A program made the position numbers and the translations under genes. Of a DNA stretch of 64,000 nt, positions 53,246-64,000 are shown piece after piece (position 1 is the stretch's first letter; every line of letters begins with the position of its first letter). Source of the stretch: Octopus vulgaris. Its lineage: Eukaryota. The notes under the pieces are model-generated. The model was not told where the DNA came from. It searched no databases and was given only the letters and a program-made list of their open reading frames with translations. The stretch lies in the NCBI GenBank assembly GCA_951406725.2, contig OX597820.1, forward strand, positions 14,136,001 to 14,200,000. The letters are read 5' to 3'.

Positions 53246-53384
53246 TGCTTTTCTTTCCATTCTTTTGAAGTTGACAGAATAAATACCAATTGGTCAGCAG
53301 GGATTGATGTAATGGACTAGTCCCCACAGTGCCCCAAAATTTCAGGCCTTGTACCAATAGTTGAAAGAAAAAGAAATAAAATAA

Positions 53385-54301
53385 AATATAAATTTATCTG
53401 AAAACACAAGAACACAATGTTGATATACACTTCTAAGAGAAGCAAGTCCAGGCCCCACATTTATATATAAATTTATCTGTAAAAGACTAGAGCACAAAGT
53501 TGATACACATTTATATACAAATTTATGTGTAAAGACTAGGGCACAATGTTGATATACACTTTTATGAGAACCAAGTCCAGGCCCCACATTTATATATAAA
53601 TTTATCTGGAAAGACTAGGGGACAACGTTGATATACACTCCCAAGAGAACCAAGTCCAGGCCCCACATTTATATATAAATTTATGTGTAAAGACTAGGGG
53701 ACAACGTTGATATACACTTCTATGAGAACCAAGTCCAGGCCCCACATTTATATATAAATTTATCTGGAAAGACTAGGGGACAACGTTGATATACACTCCC
53801 AAGAGAACCAAGTCCAGGCCCCACATTTATATATAAATTTATGTGGAAAGACTAGGGGACAACGTTGATATACAATCCCAAGAGAACCAAGTCCAGGCCC
53901 CACATTTATATATAAATTTATGTGTAAAGACTAGGGGACAACGTTGATATACACTTCTATGAGAACCAAGTCCAGGCCCCACATTTATATATAAATTTAT
54001 GTGTAAAGACTAAGGGACAACGTTGATATACACTTCTAAGAGAACCAAGTCCAGGCCCCACATTTATATATAAATTTATGTGTAAAGACTAGGGGACAAC
54101 GTTGATATACACTTCTATGAGAACCAAGTCCAGGCCCCACATTTATATTTAAATTTATCTGTAAAGACTAGGGGACAATGTTGATATACACTTCTATGAG
54201 AACCAAGTCCAGGCCCCACATTTATATTTAAATTTATCTGTAAAAACTAGGGGACAACGTTGATATACACTCCCAAGAGAACCAAGTCCAGGCCCCACAT
54301 T
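53385..54301. repeat. 79-bp minisatellite (about 11 units)
   Basis: aagtccaggccccacat starts at 53573, 53652, 53731, 53810 and so on to 54284 (period 79); degenerate units on the left. Confidence 0.95.
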
Positions 54302-54879
54302 CCTTTTCTGAGTGCAAGCAATCTCTCTTCATTTATACTTTTGATAAAAATATGAAAGTCACATGACCACATTGATTATCTTGTATATACATATGTATAT
54401 GCATACATATATTTATAAAGCCTTGCCTCTATATAAGAAATCAATACCAGCTAATACCAAAAAAAAAAAAAAGAAAAAAGCAGGGGGAAACAGAAAAGAA
54501 AGGAACGAAGAAGAATTATGAATGTAAGCATAAGAGAAGCAAAACAATATCGGTTTACGAGGAAATGGAATGGTAATTGCACCAGATAAGGAAGAAGAGG
54601 AGAACGTGAAGTTGTAAGATGCAGATTGTATTATGTACTAGTCATCATAAGGGTATCAGTTTAAATCAAGTTAGATAACATTATCAGATGAGAAGCATAA
54701 GGACATCAACCCTATAGGAATGTTGCATTGTCGTTAAATATGTAGCTTTGAGAATATCGGCTCAGAAGCTGAAAGGTATTATTAAAAAAAGAAAGAAATA
54801 ACCGGAGGAGGTAATCTTAATGTTAATGATAATGTCACACATAGGCCACAACATGCACAGGCCATACATATATATATAA

Positions 54880-54987
<108 letters not shown>

Positions 54988-55102
54988 GTGTATATGTGTG
55001 TGTGTGTGTATGTATATACATACATATGTGTGTGTGTGCATGTATATATTTATATTTATATATACACACATATATATGTGTGTATATATATATGTATGTA
55101 TG

Positions 55103-55136
<34 letters not shown>

Positions 55137-56235
55137 CACATCAAATGCAAAATGAAGTATATATATTTAGTATTTGTATTTTGTTTGCAAGATGCTTGAC
55201 GTCAGTTCATTGAAACAAATTTTATAGTGTCTTGGGAGGGTCATTACACCAATAATAAAACACACATGCACTGGTTCAATATAACTTCTTTACTGTTAGT
55301 CGGTTGGTTAAATATCCAACCAACCAAGTAATCAATCTCTTGTTTTAATGTACAGATTAAACAACCCCTTCAAAGACTTGTCTGCCCTGAGTTTAATCAG
55401 CACATTAAACAATCGATTGGTCAGTTGGTTAGTGGCTGGTCCCACACAAAATCAGCCAGTACATTCAGTACATTAAAAACTAGAATTTTCTCCCTGTACC
55501 CTTATCATAGTTCTCAGGGAGATTCAGCATGACACAGAATGTGACAAAGCTGGCCCTTTTTGAATTACTGGTACAACTGATTTTTGCCAGCTGAATGGAG
55601 TGGAGCAATGTGAAAATAAAGTCTTGCTTAAGGACACAACACACTGCCGGGAATTGAACTCATGACCTTCTGTTCATGAGTTGGATTTTCTAACCACTAA
55701 GAATGCACCTCTGTAAATATTTTACATGCACCTCTGTAAATGCACTGCTGTAAATATTTTTTATCTTGTAAAAAACTATATCTTGAAGGAGATCCTATTT
55801 GATTGTTATATTTGTTTTGTCTACAGTAAATGAAATTTGTTTTGTTCAGTTTACTATTATCATTATTATTTACTTTAAATTTGCATATTTGTTACAGTCA
55901 CTTGCCACTTTAGTTGAAGAAATTAATCCCAGGTCCTAGTACTTATTCTGTTGGTCTCTTTGCTGAACTGCTAAGTTACGGGGATGTAAACACACCAGTT
56001 GTCAAGTGATGGTGGTGTGACAAACACACACACACACATATATACGATGGGCTTCTTTCAGTTTCTGTCTACCAAATCCACTCACAAGGCTTTGGTCAGC
56101 CTGAGGCTATAGTAGAAGACACTTGCCCAAGGTGTCATTTGCCCAACATTCAGAGGGACTGAAACCAGAACCATGTGGTTAGTAAGCAAGCTACTTTCCA
56201 CACAGCTACTCCTGCACCTATTATCATCATCATCA

Positions 56236-56297
<62 letters not shown>

Positions 56298-56819
56298 GAT
56301 TGATTGAGAGAGCAGTGCGTGCCATCAAAGTGACACTGGGGTAAAATATACGAAGCCCAATATACCCATCATGACTACCCGTCTGATAAGGGTACACCAG
56401 GCACATGCATCACAACCATATGTGCGCGACATGGTGATCTCATATCAAGATAAACAGCACATGACCTTGCAAGTGGGGCCCAGTTAGAATTTTCTTCAGG
56501 TTGAGTAGCCCATCCCGCTCAAAAGGTCCCTGAATAAGGGTTGTTTAAGGATGTTGAAAGAACCACCCATGTTTCCAGAGGTGAACTATTCAAACCCCAA
56601 AGAATCCCTCTCTACACATGGCTATGATGCTCCCCCACTACTTCTGCTCGTGATCAGAGAAGCACATATCGTCAGCCACTAAGGACATGCTCAACTGGTT
56701 ACGGTCAAACAACTGACAAGCAAATCTGTGGTATTGAGCAGAATATTTGCTGCAGCCCATCTTTTATACCTGTAGCCCATCTTTTATACCTTATATTATT
56801 ATTATTATTATTATTATCA

Positions 56820-56850
<31 letters not shown>

Positions 56851-57430
56851 TATTATTATTATTTTTGAGTGAGAGAGCAGTACCTGCCATCAAAGTGGCC
56901 TGGGGTACAATTATATGAAACCCAATATATCATGTTACCCATCTGATAAGGGTACACCAGGCACATGCATTACAACCACATGTGCGCGACATGGTGATCT
57001 CATATCAGGATAAACAGCCTATGACCTTGCAGGAGGGCCCAGTTAGAATTTTCTTCAGTTCAAGTAGCCCATCCTACTCAGAAGGTCCCTGAATAAGGGT
57101 TGTTTAAGGATGTTGAATGAAACACCCATGTTTCCAGAGGTCAATTATCCAAACCCTAAAAACTTCCTCTCAACACATGGCTATGATGCTCCCCCACTAC
57201 TTCTGCTCGTGATCAGGGATGCACATATCGTTAGCCACAAAGGGACATGCTCAACTGGTTAAGGTCAAACAAATGACAAGCAAGTCTGAAGTATTGAGCT
57301 GAAAGAATATTTGTTGTAGCCCATCTTTTATACCAAGACAAAACAATATACATAATAACACTTCCAATCAGTTAAGATCACAAGCCATGAGAGCCACTGT
57401 CTGGCACTGCTGTTGTTTTTGTTGTTATTA

Positions 57431-57563
<133 letters not shown>

Positions 57564-57673
57564 CATTATTATTGTTGTCATTATCGTAGCAAAGTATAGA
57601 TGGAGAGATTAATAGTTATATAAATATAAATATATATATATATGTATGTATATGGGTATCATACATACACACG

Positions 57674-57706
<33 letters not shown>

Positions 57707-57929
57707 GCATCTTTCATATCTTTTTCATTAAGAGGAACAAATATAATTAATTGTTATTTATTTGTATTTTTAGAGTAAACATCTCTCAATCAACATGGCT
57801 ACATTGGTGGTAACAATTAGCGATGACAACAGGAATTATTTCAATATTGGCAATAATTGACCTGATAACAACAATAATTCCTCCATTAATAGAAACACTG
57901 ACAGCTACACCACGGGATGTCAGAAAGTT

Positions 57930-58610
57930 ATTACTCATCCTGCTAGAAATAGCAGCAAAAATCTCCTTCAGATTACAACATAAAGTGTACAGAATAGGAG
58001 ATGATATAGTTTACAATAACTCTAAAGATGTGTGATTGTCATGGATGGAATGCCTTTGGTCGTAGGTTTGCTCAATCAAGGATATCCCAGGTTGGCTAAA
58101 CAACCAGTAGCATAGCTGGTGGAGGGGTAACAATGGGGGAGATCTGCCCTGAGTAATGCTTTCATGGGTGTTAGCAATCTTGAGTCTGCTGTATAAGTTT
58201 GTATAGGCTTGGAGGCATGGGGAGGTGAGGCAGCAAACTCAAGGTCTACCCCAGGTGGCACACTTGCAGCACTACTGTAAACAACAACAAAAACTGTACC
58301 TACATCAAACCAACAAATGAGCTTCTATGTGGCTGCGTGACCTGCTAGAAACAGCAGCCAAATTTTCTTCAAATCACATCTTGGTGTTATTGGAATTGAA
58401 TGAATGAACACACTAGACTTACAGACATCTAAACAGACAGGGTAATCCTAAATGGGAAGCTTTTGATCATAGGTCTATATTCAATCAGGGTTGTCTTGGG
58501 GCTAAACAACTGCCAAAAATACTCTTACATCAAACTAATGAATGAGGTTTTACATGGTTGCTTGGCCTGCAAGAAATAGCAGCCAAAATCTCCTTCAAAT
58601 TACACTCCTG
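57930..58610 (+). repeat. Three decayed copies of an old interspersed repeat (ctgctagaaatagcagccaaatctccctcaaatcacac)
   Basis: Motif at about 57940, 58342 and 58568; also about 5620 and inverted about 1375. Confidence 0.55.
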
Positions 58611-59307
58611 TCATCATCATTGTCATTATCATGACACTGTCATCATCGTCATCATTGTTGTCGTCACCATCATCAGCAGCAGAAGCAGCATTGTCGTTGC
58701 CCCCATTGTCATCATCATCATCATTGTCATCATCACCATCATTTAATGTCTCTCTTCCATGCTGGCATGAGTTTGACGAGATCTGATGAATTGCAGAACT
58801 ACATCAAGAGCCAATATCTACTTTGGTATGGTTTCGAAGGCTGTATGCCCTTCCTAACACCAACCAATTCCCCGTGTGTACAGAGTACTTTTTTGTTTGG
58901 CACTGGCTCTAACGTGGTCACAGGTAGCTTGCTTTGTCCCAGATGATGAGAGGCTCTAGAGCAGCATTTCTCAACCGGGGTTCAATGGAACCCTAGGGTT
59001 CCACAAAAGGTTCCTAAGGGTTCCATGAGAAAGAGTGAGATTAGCTAATGCTAATTTCATGATCGTAGTATTACTAAACATGCACAACATATTATATATC
59101 ATCATCATCATCATCATCATTTAGCGTCCGTTTTCCATGCTAGCATGGGTTGGACGGTTCTACTGGGGTCTGTGAAGCCAGAAGGCTTCATCAGGCCCAG
59201 TCAAATCTGGCAGTGTTTCTACGGCTGGATGCCCTTCCTAACGCCAGGGAATAAATCCAAACTTACAGGGAAAATCAGATTTAGGATTGAATCCAATTTT
59301 ATAGTAA

Positions 59308-59564
59308 AATATTATATTATATTAAATTAGAGACAAAACCACTATTTTGCAAAACAAACAAGGAAAGACTTAAGCCAATACATATGATTAATTTATATTA
59401 TTTAAATATGTAACAAAACTATTAAAAAATATAATTAATATCCCACATTATATTTTTTAATAATTTTGTTACATATTTAAATAATATAAATTAATCATAT
59501 GTATTGGCTTAAGTCTTTCATTGTTTGATTTGCCTAATAGTGGTTTTGTCTCTAATTTAATATA

Positions 59565-59572
<8 letters not shown>
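59308..59572. repeat. Near-perfect AT-rich palindrome (arms about 125 bp) ending in (TA)n
   Basis: tattatattaaattagagacaaaaccactatt...attaaaaaatataat is mirrored by attatattttttaat...aatagtggttttgtctctaatttaatataata. Confidence 0.9.
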
Positions 59573-59603
<31 letters not shown>

Positions 59604-59659
59604 AATATTTTATTATTAATATTAGGAAATCAATATCAGAAAATTCCTCAGAAAGATAT

Positions 59660-60550
59660 ATCATCATCATCATCATCATCATCATTTAATGTCCGCTTTC
59701 CATGCTAGCATGGGTTGGACGGTTCGACTGGGGTCTGGGGAGCCCGAAGGCTGCACCAGGCCAGTCAGATGTGGCAGTGTTTCTACAGCTGGATGCCCTT
59801 CCTAACGCCAACCACTCCGAGAGTGTAGTGGGTGATTTTATGTGCCACCGACACAGGTGCCAGACGAGGCTGGCAAACGGCCACGCTCGGATGGTGTTTT
59901 TTATGTGCCACCGACACAGGTGCCAGACGAGGCTGGCAGACGGCCACGCTCGGATGGTGTTTTTATGTGCCACCGACACAAGTGCTAGATGAGGCTGGCG
60001 AACGGCCACGATCGGATGGTGTTTGTTACGTGCTCACAGCACGGAGGCCAGTTGATGTGGTACTGGCTACGGCCATGTTCGGATGGTTTTCCTGTGTGCC
60101 ACTGGCACTGGTACCACTGGCACTGGTACCACAAAGATACAAATTCCATTGATGTTCATCTATTTTGATTTTTTGATTTTCACTTGCCTCAACAGGTCTT
60201 CACAAGTGTCACACACTTGCCTCAACAGGTCTTCACAAGTGTCATAAGAAGGAAGGTATGCACAGGTGGACTGACTACGTCCCAGGTAGGGGCCACGGGT
60301 TATGGCCTGACTAGTCTTGCCGGGTCTTCAGATGGTGTTTTTATGTGCCACCGACACAGGTGCCAGATGAGGCTGGCGAACGGCCACGATCGGATGGTGT
60401 TTGTTATGTGCCCACAGCACGGAGGCCAGTCGATGTGGTACTGGCTACGGCCACGTTCGGATGGTTTTCTTGTGTGCCACCGGCACTGGTACCACAGAGA
60501 TACAAATTCCATTGATGTTCATCTATTTTGATTTGTTTTGATTTTGATTT
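59660..60550 (-). mobile_element. RTE LINE 3' UTR with an internal duplication
   Basis: (cat)n tail, ~62-bp subrepeats, and about 59952-60175 repeated at about 60330-60545. Confidence 0.85.
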
Positions 60551-60552
60551 TT

Positions 60553-61082
60553 TGAAAAATAATTGTTGTATTAAAAATATATAAATATATATAAAAATAC
60601 TTGTAAATATGTATAAGTATATATATATAATGCATATGAAAGTTTAAAAGTTTTGAATCAAGTATTTAAAGCATCTTACGATCGTTTCACAGAAGTGTTG
60701 TCCCTATAATGACATCCTATATTGATAAGCATTTATAGATAACTCTTCTGCTCTTCAGAGATATAAAATTTGAATTTTGTATAACATATCGAATGGTATA
60801 GTATTAATTCAAATTTAAAAAATAAAGCTACCATTCGATATGTTATACAAAATTCAAATTTTATATCTCTGAAGAGCAGAAGAGTTGTCTATAAATGCTT
60901 ATCAATATAGGATTTCATTATAGGGACAACACTTCTATGAAACGATCGTAAGATGCTTTAAATACTTAATTCAAAACTTTTAAACTATCATATACATTAT
61001 ATATTTATACTTATACATAGTTACAAATATTTATATATATATATATATATTTATATACTTTTAATACAGCAATTATTTTTCA
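60553..61082. mobile_element. Foldback of two hammerhead-bearing Penelope-type pLTR arms
   Basis: Arms about 60553-60798 and 60829-61082 are inverted. Each has atct-CTGAAGA-gcagaag...cttct(g/a)t-GAAAC-gatc-GTA-agat (- 60671-60764; + 60863-60956). Confidence 0.85.
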
Positions 61083-61266
61083 CATGTATATATCTTTCTG
61101 AGGCGTTTTCTGATATTGAGTTCCGAATAGTTATAATATATATATATATATATTCACTTGTATTAAATATATAAATACTTTAATAGTATTACTACTTTAA
61201 TACAATTGAGCACTCAATATAAATTCAGTATATAATATTCTCATTGAATATATTTAACTAAAGTTT

Positions 61267-61298
<32 letters not shown>

Positions 61299-62159
61299 CA
61301 TGCACATATGTAGGTATGCCTGTTGTTCCTTGGGAAGGTCAAATATGTCCACATGGAAAATGGATATTAAATGATGATGATGATGATGATGGTACGTACA
61401 CAGACATGTTCAGATTTAGAAATATACTAATAAACACACATACACGTTAAACTTTACTATGCAGTAATAATTTCCATAACACACACACATACATGCACGT
61501 GTACATACACACACACAATATATCTAGAAGGGCTACAAGTCTTGGTAGAAATTCTGTCTGTGCCATTATATAACACAACTTTTACAAAGATCTCATGAGA
61601 AACATATCTGCAAATCTCTTCTCACACTGCCAAGACCAAAAGATTTCCTGCAAGTACCAAATTAATTAAAATGAAACCTTCAACGTCCAGACATGGCAAA
61701 GCAACTGAACATTCGACATATATATATGAGACTACATCAGAGATTCTACGTTTCTTGGCAACTTTTGGCAGTAAAACTTTTCATAGACAGTTCTCTGTTG
61801 CCCTCGACACATAAGGAGTTGTCCAAGTATGTTCTGGAATGATACTAAGAAAATGCCATTTGCTTTGGCTGGTAGGTCTTTTACTCACCAGGGATCACTC
61901 AAGACATTCATGTACATCATTATCATCATCATCATCATCATCATCATTTAATGTCTGTTTTCCATGCTGGCATGGGTTGGATGGTTTGACTGAGATCTGG
62001 GGAGCCAGTGGCTGCACCAGGCTCCAATCTGATCATATATATATATTCTTTTATTCTCTTAATTGTTTCAGTCATTTGAGTGCAGCCATGCTGGTGCACC
62101 GCCTTTATATATATATATATACATATACATATATCATGGGCCAATAGCCAGATTACTAC

Positions 62160-62935
62160 CTCCCACTTTGAAGGGTATGCATTTGCAATCCAGGAACAGG
62201 AAATATCAACCAAGTACCTGATGCACAAAAGGGATTGAGATGCAGAAAAAGCAGTAAAATGTGACAACCGATGCAGACTTTATGGAGTTCACACTGAAGA
62301 TATCACCTACATCGTAAGCAGTTGTCCAAAAATACCATGATGGTATCCCCTATCGATGAGACATGACATAGCTTGGACACTCTATAATGAAATCTTTTGG
62401 AAGGATAATCCTAAGGACAAAGAAATAAGAACCCACAATATGGTAGAGGCCATAACCACTCTCATAATAAAAATGAATATTGGTGGAATGTACCAGTGAA
62501 AATCTCAATAAAATGTAAGCACAACAGACCTGATGTAGTGATTTGGGATGGAGAAGAGGAACTGTGCAGTTGTGGAAATTAGCTGCCCAGCAGATGTTAA
62601 CATAAAGCTTAAAGATCAGTGAAAAAGAGAACACTTATGCTGAACTATTGAGAAATCTACAGATACTCTACCCATATTACATGTTCAGATTTATACCTGT
62701 AATTATTGGGATGCGTAACTTGCTGCCTAAATACCAATCTTGAGAAGTTAGGCTTCTCAAAACCAGAAAGAAGAAAGCTAATTCGAAGACTACGGATCCA
62801 ATCCATCACTGGAACTGTAAAAATCTGTAAAACTTTCCAGAAGTTTATCATTTAAATATATATGAGCATGTCTAGATATGCAACAATATATGCATGAGAA
62901 TACATACATGAAGCAAAACATCCAAATCTGCACAC
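62160..62935 (+). mobile_element. Restriction-like-endonuclease LINE 3' portion ending in (CA)/(CATA)n
   Basis: IVSSCP...RHD...WWNVPV...KHNRPDVVIWD...VEISCPADVNIKLKISEKENTYAELLRNL...FIPVIIG (zinc-knuckle remnant plus RPD..E..K RLE motifs), with frameshifts. Confidence 0.85.
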
Positions 62936-63057
62936 ACACACACACACATACATACATACATACATACATGCATGCATACATACATGCATACATGCATACA
63001 TACATACACACATACACACATACACACGTACATACATATATACATGCATGCATGCAT

Positions 63058-63226
63058 GCTGCCAGACGAGATGGTGAAGATGCCGACGACCGCTTTGTTC
63101 AAAGCCTCCCTTGACCTCAAGTGGCCTGAACTCTTTACATGAACACCACCCTGTACTTAACTCCATGTCCCCCTACATGGCCTTGCTATTTGCTTTTGAG
63201 CCAAATTAACTAACTAACTAACTAAC
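63058..63226 (+). mobile_element. CR1-like LINE extreme 3' end with (TAAC)n tail
   Basis: LPDEMVKMPTTALFKASLDLKW*, a short UTR, then (taac)n. Confidence 0.65.
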
Positions 63227-64000
63227 ATACATACATACATACACACATACATACACACATACACACATACATACGTACATACATACATGCATGCATGCAT
63301 GCATACATACATACATACATGCATACATACATACATACACACACATACATACATACATACATACATACATACATACATACATACATACATACATACATAC
63401 ATACATACTCTGTTGTTGATGTTGAAATTCCAATGAAGGAGCCTTGGATCTAGGTTAGAAACCGGTTCTTTCACTATTGGCAAGAAACCTTGAAATAAAA
63501 CTGAACAATAACATCCATCCATCCATACATACATACATACACACACATACATGCATGAATACATACATACATATACAACAGGCTTCTTCTAGTTTCCTCC
63601 TACCAAATCCAGCAAGGCTTCCATTCACCCAGGACTATAATAAAAGACACTCACTTAAGGTGCCATGCCGTGAGATTGACCCCAAGACCACCTAGTTCAA
63701 TATCAATCTTCACCACAAAGCCACACCTGTATTCTTCTTGAATGGTGTTTGATTGCTCTACACACACCAACAGGTGAGTGAGTAAAATGTGTTATAAATA
63801 CGTTTATATTTAGTCACTCCATGGTATGCTGTGAAGAATTGTCTGGTTTGGAGTAAGAGATGGTTAATCTCAAGTCAATGGTATTTCTCATCGCCATTTG
63901 GATTAATGGCCACTTAAATATGGGCTGCAACACCGAGGAAGGATTTAAGGGTGTATTTATGCTATACATAATATATATATATCATACCATATCATATACT

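Noticed and set aside
53385-54301. CRISPR-like regular array
   Set aside because: Units are repeated over their full length with no unique spacers, there are no cas genes, and the context is eukaryotic.
59820-60130. Repeat-spacer-like pattern in GC-rich blocks
   Set aside because: Degenerate tandem subrepeats of the RTE 3' UTR, linked to an RTE ORF end at 33260-33510.

Overview
AT-rich, repeat-saturated animal genomic DNA with no intact protein-coding gene. The SINE/LINE mix and extreme microsatellite load resemble a coleoid cephalopod such as Octopus; this is an inference from memory of repeat families, not from a search. Nearly all supplied ORFs are microsatellite or repeat artefacts. Identifiable content: several tRNA-derived SINE families, 5'-truncated LINEs (RTE, CR1, R4/Dong-like and other restriction-like-endonuclease LINEs), Tc1/mariner, piggyBac-like and hAT-like non-autonomous elements, two Helitrons and a 79-bp minisatellite. 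Two things stand out. (1) A recurring class of foldback (inverted-repeat) units beside (TA)n tracts carries type I hammerhead ribozyme cores (CUGANGA...GAAAC...NUH); two of the units enclose Penelope-like RT or GIY-YIG-region fragments. (2) A heavily decayed multi-BIR plus RING (IAP-like) locus may lie on the minus strand at about 25.8-29.4 kb. All coordinates and translations were read by eye and may be off by a few bases.
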